Shown: piece after piece, positions 36,023 through 46,258 of the stretch
Numbering within the stretch: position 1 is the first letter of the stretch
How the letters are laid out: the number at the start of each line of letters is the position of its first letter
Assembly: GCA_964506505.1 (NCBI GenBank)
Contig: CAZDKY010000019.1
Location: 606 to 64,605, forward strand
Direction of reading: 5' to 3'
DNA length: 64,000 nucleotides
Source of the DNA: an uncultured Syntrophomonadaceae bacterium
GTDB lineage: Bacteria > Bacillota > Dethiobacteria > DTU022
The notes under the pieces: generated by a model
What the model was told of the DNA's origin: nothing
What the model saw: the letters and a program-made list of their open reading frames with translations, nothing else
Database searches by the model: none
Translations under genes and position numbers: made by a program

Positions 36023-37414
36023 TTATTCAAAGGGAGCCAAATCTGCCCTATCCTCAATTTCTTTGCGCAGCCCTCGGGCCGCTTCCCTGTTAAAAATCGT
36101 CGGCACAGTCAGCAAGAGAATCCTGAAATCAAGGAGCAAAGAGTAATCCGCTACATAGTGAAGGTCATAACGCAGCTTGTCCTGCGTGTTGGTGGCATAA
36201 TATCCGGCCACCTGGGCCAATCCTGTAATTCCCGGTTTGACCAGGTGACGCAATCCGTATTCGGGCATTTCCTCCTGGAATCGCTCCACGAAATAAGGCC
36301 TTTCCGGACGCGGGCCCACAATGCTGAGGTCCCCACGCAAAACATTGTAGAGCTGGGGCAATTCGTCGAGTCGCGAAGCGCGCAGGAAACGGCCCACTCT
36401 CGTTACGCGGTCGTCTTCCTCGTTCGACAGGACCGGACCGCTTTTCTCCTCGGCATCTATAAGCATAGTCCTCAGTTTATAAAGAATGAACTTTTTCCCA
36501 CGCAGGCCGACCCTTTCCTGGGTATAAATTGCCGGGCCCGTTGAATCCAGACGGATTACCAGTCCCATAAACAATTGGATGGGCAAGGAAATCAATCCCA
36601 GGACAAGAGCAAAAATTAGATCGCAAATCCTTTTAATCGCCAGCTGCAGGAAATCAAGCTGCATGTCGTGGCACTCAATTACCGGGGTATCGTCAACCTG
36701 GGTCATCGCCGCCCTGGTTAGAATAATTTCATAGAGATCGGGAATGATAAAAACTTCTCTGCTTCGGTTAAAACTTTCCCGCACCACCAGGTTTTTCTCT
36801 TCCATGTCCAGTGATCCGGCAATCATTACCGCATCGGCTTCCTCCAGGGCTTCAGGCAACTTACCCAGCTCCGCCGGGGGCAAAACCCTGATTACTTCGA
36901 AAATACCCTTCGGCAGGGACATAATTTTCTCCAGGGCTCTTTCCGCATCACGGCGGCTGCCGATGACCAGAAGCCTCTTCTGGCCGTGTACCCATATCTC
37001 CAGGTGCCAGAAGAGTATCCGCCAGCCCAGGAGCAGCAGGAGCTGATAAAGGGGCGCCAGCAGGAAAATCAAACGATCCAGGACAAACGCTCTGGTCCAG
37101 AAAGCCAGCATGACCCCCAGCAGGTCAATAACAATCACGCCGGTTGTCAGAGACCGCACGATGGGCATGATCCCGCTTCGCTGCTTCGAGTACAAGCCAA
37201 GGTTGCCAAAAAGGATAACAGTTATTGCCAGAAGCGGCGGAAAAAGAATGATCAGCGACTCGATCTGCATTCCCTGCAGCTCGCCCGTGACACTGACAAA
37301 AGCCAGATAAAAGCCTAGGCTTACCAGAGAAACATCAACTATGGCCACAAGCCAGCGCGGTATTGCACCCGGTTTGCCATTGCTTTTTCGTTTTGCCATT
37401 TTCTCTTCATTCAT
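36023..37414 (-). CDS. Polyprenyl-phosphate hexose-1-phosphate transferase (WbaP/EpsB-like priming sugar transferase)
   Basis: 463 aa; multiple TM segments plus the C-terminal bacterial sugar transferase domain (KRICDLIFALVLGLISLP...DELPQLYNVLRGDLSIVGPRP). Confidence 0.9.
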   Translation of the reverse strand: MNEEKMAKRKSNGKPGAIPRWLVAIVDVSLVSLGFYLAFVSVTGELQGMQIESLIILFPPLLAITVILFGNLGLYSKQRSGIMPIVRSLTTGVIVIDLLGVMLAFWTRAFVLDRLIFLLAPLYQLLLLLGWRILFWHLEIWVHGQKRLLVIGSRRDAERALEKIMSLPKGIFEVIRVLPPAELGKLPEALEEADAVMIAGSLDMEEKNLVVRESFNRSREVFIIPDLYEIILTRAAMTQVDDTPVIECHDMQLDFLQLAIKRICDLIFALVLGLISLPIQLFMGLVIRLDSTGPAIYTQERVGLRGKKFILYKLRTMLIDAEEKSGPVLSNEEDDRVTRVGRFLRASRLDELPQLYNVLRGDLSIVGPRPERPYFVERFQEEMPEYGLRHLVKPGITGLAQVAGYYATNTQDKLRYDLHYVADYSLLLDFRILLLTVPTIFNREAARGLRKEIEDRADLAPFE

Positions 37415-37662
37415 CCTGAATCATCCTCTGCCCAACATTTGCCCGTTAAAACGCTATATTTATACTCTATCTCGGTCAATCTCTTCTCAATTAATCAGGC
37501 ATTAATGCCATGTAAAACTTTCTTGCAGCGGCTGCTTCTTTCCTGCCTTATTATACACCCCGATCAGTGAAATGGTCATGATCAGTCCAAATTTTCCCTG
37601 CCTTCATTCCTCTTATGTAACGGTCACGTTCTTGTGAAAAAGTTTGAGAGCTTTTAAAAATT

Positions 37663-38706
37663 TTACTCTGCCAGCTCCCGATACTGGGGGATTACAGGGC
37701 GGTAACGGGTTATACCGTAGAAAATCTGCAGAAGATTGCCCAGGTAGACGAAATAAAAGTACCATTTTTTAGAAACACCGATCCAGGTAGCAATGGCCAG
37801 ATTGAGAAACAGAGCCACTGCAGGACTGAAAAAACAAAGCGGGACGGCGGCTGCCAGACCGGCCAGGATGATAAAAGGATAGGGGTAACAGCGAATAAAA
37901 TGCATCAGTCTGCCTTCGAGCAGGCAGGCGGCTACCACCTGTCCGGTCCCGTAAAACTTTTTGCCTCCGCTCCGCGGAAGAAAATTCAGGACCAGTTTAT
38001 CAGCCAGGTTCAAAAATGGGGTGTAATGATCAGCCATGGGCAGATCAACCGCCCTCAAAATATAACCGGCGGCACGAACCCGGCAGAGCAGATCGATCTC
38101 TTCAAGCTGGTATACAGCCGGGTTCCAGTTGCCTGCTTCCAGCACCGCATCCTTTCTGTAGAGCACCGCTCCCCCGTGGTAGTCTGCTTCCTTACCCCAT
38201 CGGTCAGCCGGTCCGTACTTTTGCGGAGTCAGGACAACATAATCCCTGGAAGCCACTACTTTACCCAGCCGGTCCAGGTAGCGGTTGCAGGTTCGACCAA
38301 CGAATGCTGCCGTTTGCGGTGGAAGATTATCTCCTTTACGCACCCGCTCCAGGAAAGGTAGAAAGTCTTTCCGCAGGGCCATATCGCCATCCAGATAGAA
38401 AACCCATTTGCCCGAGGCTTCCCGCGTCCCTATATAGCGTCCCGTTCCCGGCCCGCAGACCGATTCGGGCTCTACCCGGAAGACCCTGGCCCCTAATTGC
38501 AGGGCGATCTCGGCACTGTAGTCCTCCGAAGCTGAATCAACATAGATCCATTCAATACCTCTGCCTTCTGGCAGGGATTGAAATAGCCGGGGCAGATTAT
38601 TCGATTCATTTCGGCCGATGATTACTATAGAAAGATCAATTTTTCCTTTGTGCTGCGGTTTTGCTTCCTTACCTTTATTCCCTTTTTCTTTCTTAAAATT
38701 TTCCAT
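37663..38706 (-). CDS. Glycosyltransferase family 2
   Basis: 347 aa; LSIVIIGRNESNNL...YVDSASED...LDGD GT-A motifs; C-terminal TM segments. Confidence 0.8.
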   Translation of the reverse strand: MENFKKEKGNKGKEAKPQHKGKIDLSIVIIGRNESNNLPRLFQSLPEGRGIEWIYVDSASEDYSAEIALQLGARVFRVEPESVCGPGTGRYIGTREASGKWVFYLDGDMALRKDFLPFLERVRKGDNLPPQTAAFVGRTCNRYLDRLGKVVASRDYVVLTPQKYGPADRWGKEADYHGGAVLYRKDAVLEAGNWNPAVYQLEEIDLLCRVRAAGYILRAVDLPMADHYTPFLNLADKLVLNFLPRSGGKKFYGTGQVVAACLLEGRLMHFIRCYPYPFIILAGLAAAVPLCFFSPAVALFLNLAIATWIGVSKKWYFYFVYLGNLLQIFYGITRYRPVIPQYRELAE

Positions 38707-38809
38707 TTCCGTCCTCTTGATTCATTCAGTTGATATTTACGAATCGCCTATAAATTTTCCTTTAAAATTACTCAAATGCTCGTTCAAAAACCTTTTTATC
38801 AGGCCAGTT

Positions 38810-40009
38810 TTATAAACTATAATTATCAAGGCCCTTCTTTCCCAGGAGCTCCATTATTGATTTAAACCGGGCCCGCCAGGTATGGCCGGCGGCAAAGTCG
38901 ATCCTTTTTTTCTTGACGTCCGCTCCCAATTTTTCATTCTCTGCCAGCGCTTCGCGGATAGCTCGGCAAAAATCTCCACCGTCACCGGCCCGGTAGGCCT
39001 GCAGCGGCCCGTTCATGCTCTGCAGTTCCCTCAGGGACGGGGCCACCACCGGCAAGCCGCAGGCCAGGTATTCGTAATACTTAATCGGATTTACCGCGTC
39101 AGTCAGCTTATTATTATGAAAAGGGATCAATCCGATCGAAGAATGCTGCAGGTAATCCGGAGCCTGTGAATATTCCTTGGAGCCAAGCCAACTGAAATTT
39201 TCCTTTTCCTGCAGGGCGGATATTTTTTCCCTTAAACCCTCACAGGTAAGTGGACCGATCAGCACAAAATGAACATCCATCATCTGACGCACTGCTACAT
39301 CAAGCGTTTCAAGGTCAAAACGGTTATCCAGAGTTCCAAGGTAAAGGGCCACCGGCCGGCCGTCAGCCGGGAAGTCATCCGGCATCTGGCGGCCGGCAGT
39401 GAAAAATGCATCACTTACCCCGTTGGGCATGTAATAAACCTCCCGGCCCCCGCTCTCTTCAGCCCATTCCTGCAGGGCCAGTGAAGTAGCCAGCACAAAA
39501 TCAACCTTCTCAATCAGTTCCTGCTGAATAATACCCACACTGGGTGGAATCATGGCAAACTGGTCCAGGCGATCAGCAAGCCGGTAGCAACTCATTCGGT
39601 GTGGGATAATATCGAGCAAACTCAGGGCAGCCGGCCCGGCGCACCAGAGCAGATCCACCTGCGAAAAACCGATTTTCTTGAGCTGTCCGGCCAAAGACGG
39701 CAGGCAAAAACGGTACTGGTTCCGTCCGGCATACAGGCTGCGCATGAACGGTTTGTTGTAATAAAAAAGCAAAGTCAGGGGCACCATCCAATGAATACCG
39801 TCAACAAGGCGTCCGCCTTCCCGCCAGACCCGGTAGCGATGGCGGTTTAAATGATCCGGTTTTCCGATATGCATGGGACTGATGGCCGGTCCCAGCCAGA
39901 GGCAGTCGTTTCCTGCTTCCCGGAAGAGTCGGATGTAGTGGTGCGATCCCAGCGGGTCGGGCCGATCCAGATTGTGCGATTCGGCAAAAATTATTTTCAT
40001 CGGCAGCAA
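38810..40009 (-). CDS. Glycosyltransferase family 4 (GT-B, group 1)
   Basis: 399 aa; C-terminal GT1 motif GLIPFHNNKLTDAVNPIKYYEYLACGLPVVA. Confidence 0.75.
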   Translation of the reverse strand: MLPMKIIFAESHNLDRPDPLGSHHYIRLFREAGNDCLWLGPAISPMHIGKPDHLNRHRYRVWREGGRLVDGIHWMVPLTLLFYYNKPFMRSLYAGRNQYRFCLPSLAGQLKKIGFSQVDLLWCAGPAALSLLDIIPHRMSCYRLADRLDQFAMIPPSVGIIQQELIEKVDFVLATSLALQEWAEESGGREVYYMPNGVSDAFFTAGRQMPDDFPADGRPVALYLGTLDNRFDLETLDVAVRQMMDVHFVLIGPLTCEGLREKISALQEKENFSWLGSKEYSQAPDYLQHSSIGLIPFHNNKLTDAVNPIKYYEYLACGLPVVAPSLRELQSMNGPLQAYRAGDGGDFCRAIREALAENEKLGADVKKKRIDFAAGHTWRARFKSIMELLGKKGLDNYSL

Positions 40010-40018
40010 TCCTCCACC

Positions 40019-40046
40019 AATAAGTTAATAAGTTAATACCCAGGGT
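40019..40046 (+). repeat. Junction element, copy 3 (same plus-strand orientation as copy 1; overlaps the last 4 codons of wzx)
   Basis: AATAAGTTAATAAGTTAATACCCAGGGTCACGTTTTTT is nearly identical to copy 1, including the flanking CGTTTTTT. Confidence 0.9.
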
Positions 40047-41565
40047 CACGTTTTTTGATCATTTTCCAGGCCTCCCGAATGCTGACCCCTTCCGAACGGC
40101 TAATAATTAGCATTACAACCGTTAGAACCGCAACCAGCACAACCATCTTCAGCAGAAAATTGATCACCGGGTCCGGCCCGTTCAAAGCAATCATGGCAAT
40201 TAACCCAACGGCAACAGGTGGAATAGCCAGTAAAGCCGCTACCGTCATTCCCGGGTAATGAACAGGCCATATCTTCCAGGAAGCAATAGCATAGCCGAGA
40301 GCAAATAGCATATACGCTGAACCAGTGGCCGCAGCTGCTCCGGCTATGCCAAAGCGAGGAATAAGCAGTGTATTCAACCCTATATTGATTACCGCGACAA
40401 GCCAGCAGGAAATCATAATATATACAGTCTTATCTTTAACCATTATCCCTACCACCGAGACATGGGCAGTGGTGAAGAAGTGAAACCCGATTGCCAGAAA
40501 AGGTATGGCCGCAAAAGCACCGTAATAGACCGGCGGCACCAGGATGAAAATAACCTCCTGGGCCAGGGCGGTAAAACCGGTCACTATAACAGCCGAACCA
40601 GCCAGGAAATAAACCATCGTCCTGCTGACAATTGCCTCGGCCCTCCTGTTTTCCTCCTCGTAGACTTTAATTGCATGCGGCAGCCATGACTGTCCGACGG
40701 CATTCTGAAGCAACATTAGCACCGCCGCCATGGAAGCAGCAATGGAATAAAGGCCAACCGCTTCCAGGGAAGCGAGGCGGGCCAGCATGATGCGGTCGGC
40801 ATTGCTGAGCAACCAGAATGCAATGTTCATGGGCACCAGGGGCAACCCGAACATCAACAGCTGCTTTAAAAAAGTCATCGAGAACCTGAACCGAAGCAGA
40901 TCGCGGACCAGCCACAGGCGGACTGGAATCATCAACACCGCTGCCGATGCCGCTCCCAGCAAAGCTCCTGTCACACCCATCTCAAAGGTGAGCACGAAAA
41001 ACACAGCCAGGATCAGAGTCAGGGCAGCAGTCATCACATTCAAAGTGGCGAAAGTCCTGGCCTGGAAACGATTTCGCAAAACCTGGGAGAGAATCAGGTT
41101 AATCATAGCCGGCGGGGCTGAAAGAAAACCGATAACCATGGCCGAACGATACTGATCTGTGCCAAGCACCCATCCTGCCAGGGTGCGGCTGAACGGCAAC
41201 GTTACAGCAATCACCACCACGCTCCAGACCGCCAGGAAAGTAAACCAGGTTGTTGTAAGAGTTTGCTTCTCCTCTTCGGTCCGGCAGCGAAAGAAATAGC
41301 GGGTATAGGCATTATCGCCGCCGAGCATGAGAATACCGGTCAGGAAAGCAACGGCAACATTGATAAAACTCCAGGCTCCATATTGGTCAGGATCAAACAG
41401 GCGGGTGAAAATGGGTGCCGAAATTATCGACATCCCTTTAATCAGCAGAGTGCCCGAGCTGTATACAGCCAGATCGGAAAATAGTTTACGGAAACTAAAG
41501 CCGGACACTGTTGCATCCCTTTCGCCGGCCCGGTCCTCCGAGTCCCTCTCCACCGATGTCTGCAA
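40033..41565 (-). CDS. Oligosaccharide flippase (Wzx / polysaccharide biosynthesis protein family)
   Basis: About 510 aa with 12-14 TM segments. Start chosen at the TTG that has a GGAGGAG RBS; the ORF track extends to 41598. Confidence 0.8.
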   Translation of the reverse strand: MQTSVERDSEDRAGERDATVSGFSFRKLFSDLAVYSSGTLLIKGMSIISAPIFTRLFDPDQYGAWSFINVAVAFLTGILMLGGDNAYTRYFFRCRTEEEKQTLTTTWFTFLAVWSVVVIAVTLPFSRTLAGWVLGTDQYRSAMVIGFLSAPPAMINLILSQVLRNRFQARTFATLNVMTAALTLILAVFFVLTFEMGVTGALLGAASAAVLMIPVRLWLVRDLLRFRFSMTFLKQLLMFGLPLVPMNIAFWLLSNADRIMLARLASLEAVGLYSIAASMAAVLMLLQNAVGQSWLPHAIKVYEEENRRAEAIVSRTMVYFLAGSAVIVTGFTALAQEVIFILVPPVYYGAFAAIPFLAIGFHFFTTAHVSVVGIMVKDKTVYIMISCWLVAVINIGLNTLLIPRFGIAGAAAATGSAYMLFALGYAIASWKIWPVHYPGMTVAALLAIPPVAVGLIAMIALNGPDPVINFLLKMVVLVAVLTVVMLIISRSEGVSIREAWKMIKKRDPGY

Positions 41566-41604
41566 ATAAAACTCCTCCCCCAAACCGCGACCCTGCAAAC
41601 TGTT

Positions 41605-41640
41605 ACCCTGTGTATTAACTTATTAACTTATTAACTTATT
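41605..41640 (-). repeat. Junction element, copy 4 (three TTAACTTA units; supplies the TAA stop of the upstream gene)
   Basis: ACCCTGTGTATTAACTTATTAACTTATTAACTTATT. Confidence 0.9.
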
Positions 41641-42313
41641 GATTGAGGATACCTTCGATTATCCGGCAGATCCTCTGCAGCCTTTTTTCAAGATCATCCA
41701 TGAACATTTTCTCAAGCTGTTTTTCACTGGCGGCATCAATCCCGGATTTTTTCTGCTCTTTCAATACCCCTGTTATATCCGGTTCCCTGTCCTCAACAAA
41801 AATATCGTCCGCTTCCACCAGTGCTGCCTTCCCGCTGTCAGCAAAGTGTCTGTACTGTCTCTCATCGGAAAAGATCAAGACGTCAACCGCTCCGACCAGT
41901 CCTTCTTCTTCCTCTAGGGGCACCTTCGCCCCTTCCGGCGAACCGTAATAAATAACCGGCACCTTTTTTCTACGGAAGTACTCGGCAAAACAACGGGCAA
42001 GAGGATCGCCTAACCAGACCAGGTCCGGATCAAAATCTTTTTCCAGCAGGCACATAATCACCTGGTTCAGGCGGCGCCAGTCGTTAAACCTGTGCAGGGC
42101 CGGCAGGGGCAAAAAATTGACCCCCGGCCGGTAGATTGTCAAATTCACCCTGACCGGTTTAAAATCAGGCAGGAGATTGCCGTTCAGTGATCCGAAGGGG
42201 CTGACCCAGACAATGTTGTTGGCGCCGGCCAGCATTTCCATGATCACAGCTTCTTCACCTGCTCCCTCCCAGGACCAGCTGCTAATGAATAATATATTCT
42301 TCCCCTCAAGCAA
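41636..42313 (-). CDS. GT-B N-terminal-domain-only protein (half glycosyltransferase), hypothetical
   Basis: 225 aa; KNILFISSWSWEGAGEEAVIMEMLAG resembles a GT4 N-domain; no C-terminal catalytic domain. Confidence 0.45.
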   Translation of the reverse strand: MLEGKNILFISSWSWEGAGEEAVIMEMLAGANNIVWVSPFGSLNGNLLPDFKPVRVNLTIYRPGVNFLPLPALHRFNDWRRLNQVIMCLLEKDFDPDLVWLGDPLARCFAEYFRRKKVPVIYYGSPEGAKVPLEEEEGLVGAVDVLIFSDERQYRHFADSGKAALVEADDIFVEDREPDITGVLKEQKKSGIDAASEKQLEKMFMDDLEKRLQRICRIIEGILNQ

Positions 42314-42323
42314 TTTAATCCCT

Positions 42324-42351
42324 ACCCTGTGTATTAACTTATTAACTTATT
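42324..42351 (-). repeat. Junction element, copy 5
   Basis: ACCCTGTGTATTAACTTATTAACTTATT. Confidence 0.9.
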
Positions 42352-42504
42352 AATTCTTTCATAAAAAAAGATACCATTTTACAGCTTATTTCGCAAAACC
42401 ACAGCTCATACATGCAGGTTTTTAACATTTTGTGAGTAATATTTAGCAATATAGTTTATTAACCAAAAATAATCTATACAGATTACTGTGACAAAGGAGC
42501 TGAA

Positions 42505-43764
42505 ATGGTCGTGGTTATGAAACATCGCGAACGTGTAAGAGCAACCCTTGCTCATGAAGAACCTGATAAAGTGCCTGTGGATTTCTGTGCTACCCATAAC
42601 AGCGGGATAAATGTGATCGCCTACAACCGGGTCAAAAAAATGCTGGGCATCAATCAACCCACCTACATGCGCGATCCCATCCCCATGCTGGCCTCTCCAG
42701 ATCTGGAAGAAAACCTCGAAACAACCAAACTTTTCGGCGGCGATATGCTGCCCCTGCACCGCCATTTGAATTTCGGGGTTCCAGCGGAAGACTGGCAGAC
42801 ATGGACTCTAAAAGACGGTTCAGAAGCCCAGGTGCCCGGAGGATTCCAGCCCCAGATCAAAGACAATGGCTCTGCCGAATTGCTCCTGTTGAATGGACTG
42901 GCCAGACTTTCCATGCCGTCCCGCGGCCACCACTTTAACCTGATCAACCGCCCCCTGGGCGCTATTGAAAACCTGGAACAGCTTGAAAACATCCTTCCCT
43001 TCCTCAGGCAGAGCGGCGCTTTCTCCATCAGCGACGAAGAGCTGCAGGTACTCGCCGCCCGCGCCTCCGATCTGCACAATAATACCGATTATGCCCTCGT
43101 GGCCACCGGTGGTCCACTTTTCTTCTCCCTTTACCAGATCAGCCAGGAACTGTTCGGCTACGAAAAATTCTTTACCTATATGGCTTCGGAACCCGAATTT
43201 ATTCACTGCTGGAATGAATTTCTAACTTCTACCTGCATCGAAAAATTGCAGAAATACTTGAGAGTGCTGGGTCCTTATCTTGATGTTATCTTGATGGGCG
43301 ATGACTACGGATTCCAGAATTCGCTCCAGATGTCGCCGGCCATGTTCCGCAATTTATTCAAACCATACCTGATCAGGGTCTGCCGGGCAGTTAAAGAAGC
43401 GGCTCCCGGGATCAAGATCCTCCTTCATTCCTGCGGCAGCATCGCACCCTTGATCCCCGATTTCATCGAAGCGGACATCGATGCCCTCAATCCGGTCCAA
43501 ATCACGGCATCGGACATGGAACCCGCCCGCCTAAAAAAAGAATACGGCCGGGAAATCACTTTCTGGGGTGGCGGAGTGCGCACACAGACCACTCTTGTCA
43601 ATGGCTCTCCCGATGATATTACCGCCGAAGTGAAGGAGCTCATTGACATTTTCAAACCCGGCGGTGGCTACATTTTCTGCCCCATCCACGATATCCAGGA
43701 AGAAGTACCCCCGGAAAAAATCATCGCCATTTACCGGGCAGCTGAAAAATATGCTTCTTACTAA
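42505..43764 (+). CDS. Uroporphyrinogen decarboxylase (URO-D)-like family protein (MtaA/CmuA-type methyltransferase fold)
   Basis: 419 aa; N-terminal ERVRATLAHEEPDKVPVD, URO-D fold. Confidence 0.75.
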   Translation: MVVVMKHRERVRATLAHEEPDKVPVDFCATHNSGINVIAYNRVKKMLGINQPTYMRDPIPMLASPDLEENLETTKLFGGDMLPLHRHLNFGVPAEDWQTWTLKDGSEAQVPGGFQPQIKDNGSAELLLLNGLARLSMPSRGHHFNLINRPLGAIENLEQLENILPFLRQSGAFSISDEELQVLAARASDLHNNTDYALVATGGPLFFSLYQISQELFGYEKFFTYMASEPEFIHCWNEFLTSTCIEKLQKYLRVLGPYLDVILMGDDYGFQNSLQMSPAMFRNLFKPYLIRVCRAVKEAAPGIKILLHSCGSIAPLIPDFIEADIDALNPVQITASDMEPARLKKEYGREITFWGGGVRTQTTLVNGSPDDITAEVKELIDIFKPGGGYIFCPIHDIQEEVPPEKIIAIYRAAEKYASY

Positions 43765-43773
43765 TTAACCTGA

Positions 43774-44817
43774 TCAATCAACTTCATCATGGAAAAGAAC
43801 CAGGGTCTTTATGTTGCCACTCCCTGTCTCTCTGAATGCTTTTTCAGTTTCTGCAGGACTTATAATGGCAGTAACCAGCGGTGAAAGGTCCATCCTGCCA
43901 CCGGTAATCATATCCACTGCTTCCCTGAATTCTCGTCCTGTTTTTCCGAAAGCAGTATTAATTTTTACTTCCCTGGTTACCAGGCTCAAAAAATTTAAGG
44001 TGACCGGCTGATAACAGATCGACGGTACCACGACCATCGACCCGGCCGCCCCGAGGCTGCAGGCCTGGGCAATTGTTTCAGCATGCCCTGCGCAATCGAA
44101 GACCAGACTCATGCCCCTGTTTTCCGTCAGATTTTCAACCTCCCTGTCAAGGTTTACTTCCAGCGGATCGAGAACCTTCTCGGCCCCCATTTTCGAAGCG
44201 GTTTCTCTCCTGAATTGGTTCGGTTCAGCAACATAAACAGAACCAGCCCCCCTGTGTTTGAGAACAGCCAGAATAACCAGGCCAATTGTTCCCGCTCCTA
44301 TAATTAACACTGGCTGTTTATGATCAAGCACAGCCCTGTTTACCGCATGCAGTCCCACGCTCAGCGGTTCGGCCAGAGCCGCCGTGGCGAGGGATCTTTG
44401 ATCCGGCAACCTGACCAGATCTTTTGCCGGCACCAGGACATATTCAGCCATGCTGCCCTGATCGGTAATCCCCAGCCGGCGCATCTCCAGACAGAGGTTA
44501 TCCTCACCCCTCAGGCAGTAACGACAGCGTCCGCAGGCTATAATATTGTTGCCTGTGACATAGTCTCCCGCCTGCCAGCCATCGACTTTTGTCCCAAGGG
44601 CGGCAATCGTTCCCGAAAACTCGTGGCCGATGGTCAGCCCAGGCTGCAGGAAACCTGTTTCATAGGCGTGCAGGTCTGAACCGCAGATGCCGCAGTATTT
44701 GACCCTGACCAGAACCTCCCCGGGCCCCGGAACCGGCACCGGCTTATCAACCAGGGCCAGACTGCGCGGGCCTTCAATGACAATTGCTTTCATAATTCTT
44801 CCTCGCTTTTTCAGCAC
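43774..44817 (-). CDS. Zn-dependent alcohol dehydrogenase (MDR; sorbitol/threonine dehydrogenase-like)
   Basis: GHEFSGTIAALG zinc motif, CGICGSD, GAGTIGL Rossmann. Confidence 0.85.
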   Translation of the reverse strand: MLKKRGRIMKAIVIEGPRSLALVDKPVPVPGPGEVLVRVKYCGICGSDLHAYETGFLQPGLTIGHEFSGTIAALGTKVDGWQAGDYVTGNNIIACGRCRYCLRGEDNLCLEMRRLGITDQGSMAEYVLVPAKDLVRLPDQRSLATAALAEPLSVGLHAVNRAVLDHKQPVLIIGAGTIGLVILAVLKHRGAGSVYVAEPNQFRRETASKMGAEKVLDPLEVNLDREVENLTENRGMSLVFDCAGHAETIAQACSLGAAGSMVVVPSICYQPVTLNFLSLVTREVKINTAFGKTGREFREAVDMITGGRMDLSPLVTAIISPAETEKAFRETGSGNIKTLVLFHDEVD

Positions 44818-44820
44818 AGA

Positions 44821-46183
44821 TTAAAAACGGCGCGGACCGATCAACCGGAACAATTTCAGCAGAACAAAGGATAAAATCATAGCTCCGGCATAAACAGCTA
44901 CTACCGCCTGCACACTCCAGCCCCACCAGAGCGGAGCATGCATCAGCAGCATGTAACTTAAGACAAATGGTGAAGCGAAGATAGCCTGGATACCAAGCTC
45001 CAGGGCCACCGGTGTTTCAAATTCGGGATCAGCAATTCGCAGCAGGAGCAGGCCCGTAGTAGCTGTGCCGGTGGCAATCCCATACATGCCCATCATTCTC
45101 TCCAGACTGTAGCCCCAGGTCCGGCGTCCTAAATAAAAGACCACCAGGGTGGTAAAAATCCCGCTGACCAGACCGATTAGCAGTATGGGCACAATATATT
45201 CCCAGATAATAACCAGCTGGATGGCCATGATCGTAGCCACAATCAGGAAGTCGACAGCCCAGCCGGTGATTCTTTTCTGCACTCCGGCATCAAGCAGGTA
45301 ATCGATCCCAATCCTGCCGATAAAGGCTTTGACCAGCAGGGCAATAACCACAGCGAAAAAGAAGAAAAAAGCCCATAAACTTTTGGCTACATCCACAGAA
45401 ATAAATTTTCCTATGGCCAGCACCAGCAGGTAGGTAAGAATGTAAACCAGACCCACCAGGGCGGCGTGAAAGGCCAGGGTATCAATGTTGCCCGAATGAG
45501 TAGTAAGTTCACCGGCCGCCTCTCTTTTGGTATCTTTCTGCATTATACCCCGCAAAATTTCCAGGGGGAGAGCCCTGGGGGTCAGGGCGGCGTAGCCCTT
45601 CCTGATGCCCCAGTTGACCAGGGGCACACCGACGAAGAAAGCAAAGGCGAAACCGAAAACGGCAAACGACAACCCCAGGGTGGCCGCATGGGCAAAACCG
45701 AATTCCTCCCAGACCTTGCCGACGGAGAGGGCCTGTCCCGGTCCCTGGGTAAAGCCGAGAGGTGACAGGAAACCGAACAATGGGTTTAAATTAAAACCCG
45801 TTGCATTGAGAAGAAAAACAATAAGACCTCCCACAATACCCTGCATGGCCATCACTACGCCGCTGACCAGACCGATCCAGAGGGGTCCCCTGATTAAAGA
45901 TTTAAAAGAATTATCGGCATTTCTTTTAATGCCTGCTGTCAAACTGAGAGAAATAAATGAAATTATGAATAGGTGATAAGCAAAGGTTTCCAGTAAATCC
46001 ACCGAAACATCGATCAACCCCGTGCTAATTAAAATCAGCCCAAGGGTGCCACCGATAAAACAGCTGGGAATGAGAAAATTTTGAAAGAACTTGATCCTGG
46101 CCCGCAATATCATTCCCACAAGAATCATTATCGCCATAATACCGAAAACAAGGATCGGTTCAAATGGAAAAGGGGTATCCATA
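44821..46183 (-). CDS. Sodium:solute symporter of the ESS/GltS-like family (substrate unknown)
   Basis: About 454 aa from the ATG at 46181-46183 (AAAGGAGA RBS); two-repeat topology. Similarity to GltS is qualitative only. Confidence 0.5.
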
Positions 46184-46258
46184 TATTGATCTCCTTTACT
46201 TTTTAATTCATTCTGAACCCATTTGCCTGTTTCGCATAATCCCGCTTTACCATGTTTC

